A stretch of 64,000 nt of DNA. It comes from Dicyema japonicum (lineage: Eukaryota > Animalia > Dicyemida). The translations under genes and the position numbers were made by a program. The notes beneath the pieces are model-generated. The model had not been told where the DNA came from and made no database searches. It saw nothing but the letters and a program-made list of their open reading frames with translations. Shown here one piece after another: positions 1 to 10,863 of this stretch. Position 1 is the stretch's first letter; each line of letters starts with the position of its first letter. The stretch is taken from NCBI GenBank assembly GCA_011109175.1, contig RDEW01000010.1:1082796-1146795 (forward strand), read 5' to 3'.

Positions 1-699
1 GTAGCGTGTATTGCTAATGGCGGTACTTTGAAGTTTTACAACAAATAAATTCGATAGAAAATCAATCATATCAAAAGCAAAACAATGAAAACTGCATGCA
101 TTCAAACACCAAAACAAATTTACAAGAACAAGCTAAGCGCTGTGGGGAATTACGTAAAACATGTAGAGAAATGGTATAATAGGGCGAAATATAAGGAATA
201 CCATAAATGCGTAAACTTAGTGGACGAGGGATACCTTGAAAGGAAAATGATTAATAAGCGGCGATATTAATATAAATGATTCAAATTAGAATAGGCAATT
301 AATTAAAGGACGGCGGCACATTATGAAATCTTCAAAGGCCCCGGCATTAAGTGCTTTCTTTGTACCGCCGATATAATCTCCATATAATACATTTTACCCT
401 TGCCTTTGTTAAACTTAGTCATCTCTCATTTCATCCCCGCCTCGAATGATATGACTAAAATAGTAATAAATCATCAAAGGAATTTTAAATAGAGGCTTAT
501 TAATAATTCCACTCGAAAATAATGAATTATGGAAATTTGGTTGCTATCACAGCAAATTGCACGTAAATTATTCTGCACGGAATCACAAACAAGTATTAAT
601 AAATTTATAGATTTTGTGTCAATTTAATGAAAAATCTTAAATATGAGATAAATTCTAAATTCGTCGACTAAGCCGACAGAGCCTACTGAACTGTAATTG

Positions 700-900
700 T
701 GTTATGCTCTTTGCCTTCTTTAATTCCCTAGAGGCATCTTGGGATCCACCTAAGTTAGGAGACCCTCATGGCCGTATCCAAAAACGGTCTCTCTTTTCCA
801 TATTCCAGTGGAGGCGTTCAGTAAGATGACGAACATAGATGGACCTGATGCTTTGAAAGGATGCGTCCGACTCCGACTGGGGGAGGTATTTCAGATATAT
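700..900 (+). repeat. Diverged copy A of SINE-like pseudoknot repeat family
   Basis: ggcatct(733-739)-t-gggatcc-acc-taagtta-gg-agaccct...ccaaaaa-cggtctc, then ccagtggagg; colinear with the copy at 3850-4177. Confidence 0.6.
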
Positions 901-1394
901 CAGGGGATATTAATTCCTTTGAAACGAAGCTTCAAATTAATTAGTTACAATTTATTTAATATTTTTGACAGTCTGTGATGTCAATATAATTGTCTTCAAT
1001 ATTTTGAGTCAACAAGAATTCATTATGCAACCTTCTAATTCAAGGACAGAATGCATTGATGTGGAATATTACAACGATTGACTTCTTCAAAGGCAATCCC
1101 ACCTAAAGTTGTACATTTCAATCAATTGTCAACAAATTCACGAGAAATATGACATTTGACTATTTTAACATTACATCATTAACAACTGAATGTACCCTCG
1201 GGATTAAATCGATTTGCGTTTCCCCCAATGGGAGAGTCGTTCGAATTTTGCTTGAGGCTTTTCTACGAGAATTTTATTTTCCATTTTTCGTGTTTTGAGA
1301 TCCATTCACCTCTCTTAGTGGCTAGGGACCTATACCTGTAACAATGCTCTTGGGTTCGATTTTCCTCTGTCGACTTATCGAAGGTTCACTTCCT

Positions 1395-1520
1395 ATGCTT
1401 CGTGCCTTTCTTCGTTCATTTAGCGTCAAGGGATCCACCTGTCTCAGGAGGTGCCCAGTGGCAGGATAGGATCAGAAAGGATCATTTGCTCTCTCTAACT
1501 CTACTGGATTATTTCATGGA
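1395..1520 (+). repeat. Diverged copy B of SINE-like family
   Basis: gggatccacctgtctcaggaggtgcccagtggc...cagaaaggatcatttgctctctctaactctactgga, matching the core of copy E. Confidence 0.65.
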
Positions 1521-1799
1521 GAGCTTTCGACAACCGAGGTTTTTGAAGGACTAGCCACACTCAGAAGCCATGAGGTCCGTGGAAACCCAATGCTTTATCC
1601 AGGTGGGAGGCAACATCACATCAAGTCGGCAGGGATTAATTGAACTTAATGATAATTTTTACTAAATTATCATTTTGTAAAAATAATGAGATTTTTGATT
1701 AAAAATAGTCGAATTGATTCTATTGGTATGCAGAAAATCGACTTGAGAATAACAGTGCCAATCTTTACCGTAGCGTGGACTATACGAAATGGTTACATG

Positions 1800-2010
1800 T
1801 TCTGCTCTTTGCCTTCTTCGATTCCTTAGAGGCGTCCTAAGATTCATCTAACTTAGGAGACACTAATTGCCTGGTCGGCATCCGAAAATGGTCTTTCTTT
1901 TCCTATTCCAGTGGAGGGGTACGGTAAGGAGATGGGTGGACTTGATGTCTGAAAGGATGCCCCTCTTTCCGACCAAGGGAAGTGGATAAAACCTGTTTCA
2001 GGTATATCCG
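1800..2010 (+). repeat. Diverged copy C of SINE-like family
   Basis: ggcgtcc-taa-gattc-atc-taactta-gg-agacact-aat-tgcc-tggtc-ggca-tccgaaaa-tggtct; pyrimidine-rich leader ctctttgccttctt shared with copy A. Confidence 0.6.
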
Positions 2011-2589
2011 AGGTTTCATGTTAAATCCGTCCGACATAAAAAATTAAAGTTGGGAGAAGGATCCCTTAAGTTCCACTTACAACATTTTTAAATAACCCAA
2101 GTCCCACCTCTCTCATTTGAGGTACTTATGGCATTGTTCGGCAATCGCACTTGAAGGTCCCCACCCTCCTAATGGTTAGTGAGGTGGGTCTAACTAGCCA
2201 ACTAATGTCTCTGAAAATTGTAATTGTTCACTTCAGTGAGGACCTTGTACCATTCACTTGACCTATAATTGATCAGATTGTACAAGTTTTATTTTCCGGT
2301 TAATTAATTGATTTTTTTAAATAAAAGGAATTTTTCAGTCATTGATTTCCTTTCTCAATATATTTGCTATATTAATCACAAGGCCCATTAATTCTTGGCA
2401 CGCTTCTGCATGCTTCTTCACGACCCCCCATTTTTTGATGGTGCCTGCGATAGACATCAGAGAGGACTCTGGAAAATATCAAGGCCACCATATTAAAGTA
2501 TCCAGAGGAATAGGGAGACCCAAATAGTTATTTCCTATCTCTAAGCGACATAGGGGGTCACCACAGAAAGCATTCAGTCCTTACAGTTC

Positions 2590-2685
2590 TAGGAACTCAT
2601 CCAATGAAGTGGGACAGATCAAATGATCCTTTTCCGTACCATTCTGATACTAGGCGTCACCTAAGATAGCAAAACTCTAAGGATG
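2590..2685 (-). repeat. Partial copy D of SINE-like family
   Basis: Reverse complement reads ttaggtgacgcctagtatcagaatggtacggaaaaggatcatttg. Confidence 0.6.
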
Positions 2686-3849
2686 TTTTTCATCTCCCTG
2701 ATGGATCTAACATTTGAGGACCTTTTCAGAAAGTGGATCGAATCCCGAGAGCCTTGAATCAGCCAATGACCGCCCTTTTCCTTTATGGTGATTCTTGACT
2801 CTATCGCAAAAATGTCTACTTAGCTTTGTGATCATTAAAAGTCTTGTCTTTTTTCAGTCGGTCTGGAATAGCTGGGGGACTCATGAGACTTGGAAAACCA
2901 AAGCTCTTAGCAAAGTGATTTTCGGATGCGCGTAGGATCGAATCTCGTCCCTTTAAGATATTGTAATCATCCCACGATTCTACAAGTTTCGGTATCGCAA
3001 AAAATTAAAGGGAAATTATTATCATAATTTTAATACAAATTTACTTTAATCTTCCACGATTAAGTGCGCGTGTTCCGACAAAGTAAATTATCATTAAGAA
3101 CATTCGAGAATAGATAATTCCCAAATTTTCCCCAACGAGATTTGCCCAAGTTCCCCCAAATTTGGCAGGCTTGATTCGAACACAGACATAAGTGACATTA
3201 TCCTTCTTTATTTCAAAATTTTGGATTTCCGACATATACTGAGGACATTAAGAAAAAGAACGGGAGGTTGTATCCACCTTGATGAGATAAAGTGATTCAT
3301 TGAAATGGTTGGACGCGAAAGGAAGTGAGAAGCGAGACATGAAGCTTTCAAAACTTGGTTTGTAGTATTGGGGGTAACTCTCAGCAATTCCTAATTATTA
3401 TTTGTTTCCTTCCTTATTTTGATTGTACTAAAATTATTAATTTGAAAAATTTAATAGTGTTAGTTAGGTGCATCACCAGATACTAAAATTTTCTTATTAT
3501 TGGCAACATCCAAGTTTTCTCAATTTTTGAGTTATGAGATTTGAACTCGGATCCCACGTGTAGCTTACGCTTCCTGTGATCACATGACGCCATTATAGTA
3601 AAACAAAAAAAATAATGAACAGAGGGAATGAAGAGAAACTTCCGATCAAGTAATTAGGGATGGAACCAAAATTAACTATGAACTCCTAACCACTAAACTA
3701 CCTGGTCACTAGAACCTTAAAGCTCTTTTCTGCAGAAGAAACTTTTCTAAATTCATCATTTAAAATATTATTCCAAAATATTTTAAATTCAACAAAAAAT
3801 TACCAATAAATTATAATTATTTCAAAAGTCAGCTACAACATGACCAAGT

Positions 3850-4177
3850 GATAAGGCCGCGTGGAGCCATGTGGTGCTGCGTGGTCAATTGATTTAAATT
3901 TTCTGCTTGCTTGTCTATTCCTCCTCTCTTCCTAATAGAGTGGCGTCATGTGATCCACCTGTCTAGGTGACGCCCAGTGCCAGGCCGGCATGAAAAAGGA
4001 TCATTTGCTCTTCCCAACTCCACTGGAGGGGTTTCCACAACTGCATGTAATGGACGTCTTACCTTTTATGCTGATTCCGGATGGACACTGTTTCTGTAGA
4101 AGTGGAAACTGGATACACTTAATTAGTTGTTTACTTTAACTTCTTTCTCGGTGTATCCTGGGTTAATAAATAATAAT
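3850..4177 (+). mobile_element. Full-length SINE-like retroposon (copy E)
   Basis: 13-bp TSD AACATGACCAAGT at 3837-3849 and 4178-4190; 3' taataaataataataa tail; 3' hairpin ggatacac/gtgtatcc; close match to copies at 25290 and 60954. Confidence 0.85.
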
Positions 4178-4559
4178 AACATGACCAAGTTTGTCGAAAG
4201 TATCGTCCAGTTTGCAAAAACATGTAAGAACGAAACTAATACGACTCTTTCATGCTTCTATGCTCTCACTGAGGGGTGGCTCTTAGCTACAACTCTCAAT
4301 CATATTTAAGTGCCTGCGACTTCTTAAATGAACTATTCAGTAGTTGCTATGCAAGGAAGAGAGGCTGGGTCTGCTAGCTACAAATGTATAAAGTTTTCCC
4401 TATGAGGATGTGATCAGATGTGAACACTAATCTACTTTGTCCAATATTTTACCTCTGAATTTTTTATAAATCAACAAAAAATTCGGAATATTTAATTTTT
4501 AATTTAATTTATTGAACCAAAACCACCGTCATATCCAAAATAAACAAAATTTCAGTGAT

Positions 4560-4850
4560 CCCAGCCAAACTCAACAATCTCCGCATCTTTTCTCAGTGTT
4601 CCGACTGCGTCTCTGCGCATTCTCCTGGCATGACGATTCTCCATCGAGTCTCGCGTGGAAGAGCCGTCCAGGGGAACTCATCTAGATGGTCGTTGACAAA
4701 TGGTTATTTTTGGAGTCACTTTGACTTGTATCTGACGCCACCATACAAGGCGAATCACATGACGCACGCTAATTAAGTGAATTAGGAACAGACGACAATC
4801 AGAATCTTCAATCAATTAGCCACGAAGCACCACATGGGGACACGCTGCCA
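4560..4850 (-). repeat. Related copy F (shared head and pseudoknot, different 3' body)
   Basis: Reverse complement: catgtggtgcttcgtgg head, then tgcgtca-t-gtgattc-gcc-ttgtat-gg-tggcgtc...agtc-aaagt-gact-ccaaaaa. Confidence 0.6.
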
Positions 4851-4923
4851 TAAAGTCGTCATTAGCTCAGCCATCGACCAATAAAAATCTTTATTAATAA
4901 AAAAATATTTAGAAAATCAAATA

Positions 4924-5342
4924 ATGCCATCATCTACGACGGTTAACTCTCTTCATTTTGTGGGCATCCTTCTGTTTCTTAGGAGCGTAACTGGAAGGAG
5001 AAGAAGCCCAAGGCTGGATGAAGTTACTCCAAACATAATAAAGGAACTTTCCAGCAATCTACCATGAATCCTAATAAAACCAAAAGAAGTAGAAAAAACG
5101 AGTATTTGGAAAAGAGGGCTAACACAAGAATCACATTACCCAGAATGAGCAGGTCCTTAAGGTTCCTAAAATTCATCAACAAATACTCGATCATTCCGCC
5201 AGATTCTGTGATATCAACGGCGTATGACAAAACCACGCCTGACTGGACTCTTTGGCGTGCCATTCTGTCAAGAAGAAACCAAGAGATAATTATTAAAGAG
5301 GAGGTAACAAACCCCCAAAACTTTAAATTATTAAAAAAATAA
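4924..5342 (+). CDS. Candidate orphan gene, 5' part only; needs one frameshift near 5064
   Basis: ATG at 4924 after an AT-rich stretch like those preceding the host genes; hydrophobic N-terminus; continues into ORF 5064-5342; intron-like GT..AG segments follow; no family recognised. Confidence 0.25.
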
Positions 5343-6592
5343 ACTTGATAAAATTTATTTTCTATGATAAATTTATAACTCCAAAATAGAAGCTGAAATA
5401 CATTTAAATTAGTACGTTTAAGATAATAGACACGATTTCATATTTTCTTAGATATTTACGGTTATCTTCCACTATGGCTTGCTGGGATTTCGAAGGTACT
5501 TTAACCTAATCAGGGTTAGATTTCAGAAACATAAATAAATTTGTAATTTTAAATAACAACCATTGAACACACTGAAAAGGTACAACGAAAATTTTATTTT
5601 ATTTAAGTTTAAATAAAAAATTTATTTTAATATTTAATAAATTTAAATTTAATATAAAGTAATAAAATATATGATATTTAATTTTCTATGTAATTTTGAT
5701 TGAGTATTTATTGTTATTACAATAACTAAATTCTCTTCCTATTTTGCTAGATGGGACTCTAACCAAAATATCTGTGCATCCGATGCTTCTTTATTTTAAA
5801 CTTTTTTCTCATATCTCTTGAGTTTATTAGGCGAGAAGTTATACTTATCTTATGAAAGTAAAGACATCTTATGTACTTATTCTATGCCATAGAAGACGTT
5901 ATTAGCTCAGCCATCGACCAATTAAGCAATAGATTATAGGGTTAGCGAATTAAAGATATCGGATATATGACGGGTTTGTCTGTCAATTTCATCCTAGCGT
6001 TTAATCCAAACATGTTGAAGTTGAGAAAAGTGCACATCGGAAGAGTTTTAACAAGGACTTTTGTGACTTTCAATCGCAAATTTATCTAACGGCTCAACTT
6101 ATTCAACTCAACCAGCCGTTTATTTGGAAAGCAATTTACTGTTTGTGACTCATTTGAGCCGAACAGCTCTACTATTCAAAACTTTGATTTTAATAACCCA
6201 AGTCCATTGTGTCGTTGTCTTGAAATCAGTTGAAACCCCTTAGCAGTTTTCGCCCGGATTGATTTGAAAGCTATTATGTCGCGAGCGCTACTTGCAACTA
6301 TTGCGCTACTTGCAATATCGATTTTTTGAATTTTTTGAATTTTTTTTGAATCTATGAAAATTATTCTTTTGGATTAAAATTCTAATTTTTAGTAATATAA
6401 AATATTAATTTTAATGTATAAAATTAATATTTAAACTATTAATTCTAATTGTAAAATTGTTACTGTCACGCTTCTCCCACGTTGTTGTGGTGCTTCGTTT
6501 TGTGCTAATGCTTATTCCATATTATTTTGATTGTCTTATATTTTCTCATTAATATATTAGTGGATTCATCAAATAGAGTTTAATAGGTTTGC

Positions 6593-6868
6593 ATTTAGAC
6601 ATGATAAAGACATGAATTTCTTGAGAAGAAAAAACAGAAGCACGTCACCACTTCAACCAAAAAGACCAAGAAACACACTTCCAACCTGCTTAAAAGATGA
6701 CTACGAACAAAATAGTCGTAAATTGGTGACAGCGGACGATCTGGATGATGTTCGAATGAGGGCCAGGAACAAGATAGCGTGGGCGAGGAGGATGGCTGCA
6801 AATCATGGCTCAAGCGAACCCCTTTTAGGGCCACGCGAAAGAGCTCTTAACTGACTTAAATTAACTAT
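6593..6868 (+). mobile_element. 5'-truncated RTE LINE 3' fragment nested in the TIR element
   Basis: KRPRNTLPTCLKDD...DDLDDVRMRARNKIAW resembles an RTE C-terminus; 10-bp TSD ATAGGTTTGC at 6583-6592 and 6869-6878. Confidence 0.75.
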
Positions 6869-7045
6869 ATAGGTTTGCGTAAAAAAGACCATGGAACAAA
6901 TCCCTCGCTAAAGTTAGGGAAATTTGAGTTTCCCTACAGTGAAAAAGTGAAAGTCGTAGATATATTGTCTAACAAGCGAATGACACTTCAATCAAATGAG
7001 GGACATAGCGAGATCTTCCACATGAGTCGCGTTAAAAAGCTTTAA
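6869..7045 (+). pseudogene. Remnant of a Gypsy/Ginger-type integrase C-terminal (GPY/F-like) module
   Basis: 58 codons IGLRKKDHGTNPSLKLGKFEFPYSEKVKVVDILSNKRMTLQSNEGHSEIFHMSRVKKL*, resembling the GPYKVVEVLS...VFHVSRLK pattern. Confidence 0.5.
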
Positions 7046-7323
7046 AAAGAAGTGACTTACCTTTTCTTATAAATAAAATTTTTTTTTTTTGAATTTTTTG
7101 TCTTAATTGAAACTTAAATGAATACAATCGTATAACCCGGAATTTTTAATAGTTTAAAATATTGAAAAATTAAGAGTTTTATTGTTGAAATTAATTTTTA
7201 AATTATTTAGATGCTTATCAGTATTATTAATAGTAAGATAATTTAAGAATTTAAAAAATAAATTCAATTTTATATTTTTTAAAGCATAACATAAATCTAC
7301 ATATAATTTTAGTTTCATGTTTT

Positions 7324-8733
7324 TTGAGTAAAACTGGTTTCTTTAAAAAATTTCGACAATTGTCCAAAATTCAAGAGATAGATCCGGCATCTTTTATTCC
7401 GATAGAAGTACAAGATACAAGAAGTAGTTATAAAGAAAAGTCGAAATTGAGTGGTCCCTTGTGTCATCCTATAACGCTGGAAGAAATAAATGCTGCAATT
7501 AAGGGTTGCAAAAATAAAGCACCAGGGTGGGATTTTATCCCAATGAGTATTTTCAAGAACGCAGGCCCAATTTTGATTGAGTGCCTAAAAATATTATATA
7601 ATTCTTCTTGGAGTTTTGGTCATGTTCCAGCTTATTGGAAACGAACAATTGTACGCATGGTTGTGAAAAAAGGAAAGCCAAGGTCAAAAGCAGATAGTTA
7701 TAGGCCAATTAGCCTAGTCTGCTCAATATCGAAAGTTATGGAAAAAATTGTTTTCAATCGTCTATCAAGGCATGTTGAGGATAATAATTTTCTCTCTGAT
7801 AATCAACTGGGATTTCGGCATAAAAAAGGGACTGGAGATTGCTTTAAAGAGCTAAGATCTGCAATCGAAATTTCACGAAATAAAAAGGAATTTCTTACAA
7901 TAGCATGTTTGGATATAACAAAAGCGTTTGACAGTGTTTGGCACTTTGGACTTGTTGATACGTTGTCAAAAGCAGAAATTGGGAAAACTGCGTTATTATG
8001 GATAGAAAACTTTCTTTCAAAAAGAAAGTCATATATACGTGTTGGAAATTTAATTTCAAAGAAAATTGAATTGCGAAGAGGAGTTCCACAGGGTTCAATT
8101 CTCAGTCCGCTACTCTTCAATTGCGTAATGAGAGATTTGCCGAAAACAGAAAGCGTAAATAGTCAAATGATTATTTATGCTGATGACATTCTTGTGCTTG
8201 ATTCAAGCATGAATAAACAAATTTCATGGAAAAGAGTGGAATCCCATATTACTAAGATTGGAAAGTGGTGCCAAAACAATGGGTTGACTCTATCGAGGGA
8301 AAAAACAACAGTCACTTGGATTGCAAGTAAAAGAAAAAATATTAATCAATGTGTGAATACTGGGGATATAAAAATCTCTGAAACATTGAAGTATCTCGGA
8401 TTGTTGATAGACCGAAGAGGATCTTTCAAGGAACATATTAAAACACGAAGAAAGAAAGCTACAGGAATGTTGAAATCTTTAATTCGATTTCATTTGGAGC
8501 CTGAAACTTTTCTTTTTGTGTATTCGGCGTGTGTTGAACCATTCTTGATATATGGTTATCAAGGATGGTTTAGAACAAAAGAAAGTGATGTCTTTGTCAA
8601 AAAATTGGAAAAGTCCAGAAGATTTGCGATTAAATTGGCATATGGACTGGACTTAAAATCTAATATCGAAGAGGATTACGACCTGAAAGTCAGAAAGATA
8701 GAAAAATTATTACATCACTTATGGAAAATGTGA
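7324..8733 (+). CDS. Non-LTR (Jockey/I-like) reverse transcriptase, RT and thumb only
   Basis: Uninterrupted 469-aa ORF with KAPGWD, YRPISL, QLGFR, LDITKAFDSVWH, GVPQGSILSPLLF, YADD, KYLG; no endonuclease. An ATG at 7317 would be in frame if the T-run were one base shorter. Confidence 0.9.
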   Translation: MSKTGFFKKFRQLSKIQEIDPASFIPIEVQDTRSSYKEKSKLSGPLCHPITLEEINAAIKGCKNKAPGWDFIPMSIFKNAGPILIECLKILYNSSWSFGHVPAYWKRTIVRMVVKKGKPRSKADSYRPISLVCSISKVMEKIVFNRLSRHVEDNNFLSDNQLGFRHKKGTGDCFKELRSAIEISRNKKEFLTIACLDITKAFDSVWHFGLVDTLSKAEIGKTALLWIENFLSKRKSYIRVGNLISKKIELRRGVPQGSILSPLLFNCVMRDLPKTESVNSQMIIYADDILVLDSSMNKQISWKRVESHITKIGKWCQNNGLTLSREKTTVTWIASKRKNINQCVNTGDIKISETLKYLGLLIDRRGSFKEHIKTRRKKATGMLKSLIRFHLEPETFLFVYSACVEPFLIYGYQGWFRTKESDVFVKKLEKSRRFAIKLAYGLDLKSNIEEDYDLKVRKIEKLLHHLWKM

Positions 8734-9912
8734 TGTAATTTTTGGGGTCCAAACGAAGTAGAGACATGTGGTGTCTCATAAAATGACCCTACACGATGAA
8801 TACAAACCCACTTAATTAGTTTTGGTTCAGGTTTTGGTTTCTTTACAGTAATTAGTTTTGGGGTTTGTTAGAAAATAAAATTTGTCTTGTCTTGTCTTTA
8901 AAATGGTTCGATTTGTGAGTGTCTTAATACTACTCGTTTAATTTCGAGCAAAAAAAATCGATATTGCAAGTAGCGCATAGTTGCAAGTAGCGCTCGCGAC
9001 ATATTATGCTTCGAAACCACTATTTCTACGATCATACAACAATACCCATGTTGGATATAAAGCCGCAGTTTGTTACATAGTGTTTTCGAAAGGAATCTAT
9101 GATTTTATTTAAAACCTGGTGATCACTAGAAAAAAAGACAAAATATGGACAAACAGCTAGGTGATCCCAGTACCAACGCCATATTATGTCTGGGACATTG
9201 GGGAAAAGAACTTCTGACCGATTGCCTGGGACATAGATATGCAAGTGGGCTTCTGCCTTTTTCACAATATCGGAAGGAACCAGCTCGCATCTACATCTCG
9301 TAGTTTCCGTGAGTAGTAGTTTCCGTCACATCCAAAACGGGACTATTAGCTCCAAGGGTGGATAAAAGCCACGTAACTTACCTGACTCGAGCGGTTTCAG
9401 TGTAACAACTATTACCACGGAGGTCAGTACTTGCTAATTTGAATCACCAGGACAATGTCAATAGATCCCTAAGTCATCAGTTGTTCCAAAGACAAATTTT
9501 GAAGGATTCTCATTGTGGGTGGCAATTTGTCACCGACCCTTTTAGTAGGTACTTTACAATAAGAAAAATCACCGGTAACGTAAAAAAACAGTAAGATTCC
9601 CCGATAAACCCAATTTGGACAATTTCCTATTAACAGTTGTCATTTAAACTGCTATCGCAATAATAAGATTTCTCATGAAATGAGTCTCTTCAAGATACCA
9701 AAGAGAGGTGATAATGGACCAAATTCTGGAAAGCTCTGATTTAAATAACTCGATTTTTCAAACTGATTCTTGTTGGTCCTGATCATCTGAGTTGATTGGA
9801 AAGACGACAAGACATCTCTTTCCTCGGAGACATTTTTGACCTGTAGAATCCATATTTTAAATTATTATTAATTAAAAAAAATAATTATCTCTGAAAAAAA
9901 TTTAAATTTAAT

Positions 9913-10863
9913 TCAGACGAGGTAGCTGAATTTTCTGTGGATTCTTCTAAAATAGACGAAAAACGTAAAAGAGGAGAAACACTAAAATATAATACTTGCA
10001 AACCGACAATATGGGCATTGCCAACGAAGAGGTCCTCAAATGTCTGTTTACACTATCGACATACTTTTTCAAGGCGTATTTGCAATTCTTAAATAAACCA
10101 TTCAGCTACTATTTGATACGAGCTACATTTTGTGCAATTTTCGAAGGGAAAACAAGATGCAGGAATCACCAGATAATCCGAGGGACCGGAATATCTAAAG
10201 CATTTCAGCCAACGCTGTATTTGGTGGACGTCAGTCTCGTAAATATTCCGATTTTGCAAGGCAATATAAAAATTATCTGTAATGTGAGAATATATCTAAG
10301 ATTAGAAAACAACGACTTTATCCTTGTGGGAATTATGAACCATAAATGATGAAAATAGGCATACTGAAGGCACTAGCATGGAGATTACAAACTTAAATAT
10401 CAAATGACAGCTACAATCAGCAGGACCTCCCGGGATTTCTCAATCAGCAGAATAATCGCCGATAATAATGCAATTAATACGGAAATTGAGGCATAAAATC
10501 TGATTCTACCAAGACTGACCACATAGTTGGTTGCAATAATTCTATTTTCTAGGTGATCTGAGAACATCTCCTCACTCGTGCTGGTAAGATACCCCAGAGT
10601 AATCTAAATTGTACTGTCCGTACTACTGATAGTACGAATACATTCATCCACAGTAAAACATCCCTGGAAATTAATTCTATGAACAGATTTTTATCAAATT
10701 TATCGCTTAAAATGTCGAAATAAGTGCTGTCAGAGTCAACGTCTGTTTTCCTCATTGATTTAAAAGTACTCTTCCGTCCTAATAAAGTCGCTAGTCGCGC
10801 TAAAATTGGTTTTATGGTGAATTTAAATTGTTTTACGGCCATTTCCGTCATAAAATTGGGCAT
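9913..10863 (-). CDS. Divergent tetraspanin-like membrane protein (5 introns of 21-23 nt)
   Basis: Spliced model gives four hydrophobic segments and an EC2-like loop DVHQIQRWLKCFRYSGPSDYLVIPASCFP..C..C....INCKYALKKYV; stop at 9913-9915. Confidence 0.65.

Larger units (their letters stand above)
6277..9001 (+). mobile_element. TIR-bounded TG...CA element with 5-bp TSD carrying an integrase tail and an RT ORF
   Basis: TIR tgtcgcgagcgctacttgcaactattgcgctacttgcaatatcgattttt at 6277-6328, inverted at 8950-9001; TSD TATTA at 6272-6276 and 9002-9006. Confidence 0.85.

Noticed and set aside
7803-8120. Antisense and other short ORFs in the ORF track (e.g. 7803-8120, 16373-16633, 40281-40526, 44193-44708)
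   Set aside because: They are shadows of genes or TE frames on the opposite strand, with no recognisable motifs.
9376-9384. ACTTACCTG, like the U1 snRNA 5' end, with AATTTG downstream
   Set aside because: A 9-mer is expected by chance in 128 kb of both strands; no U1-70K or U1A loops are present.
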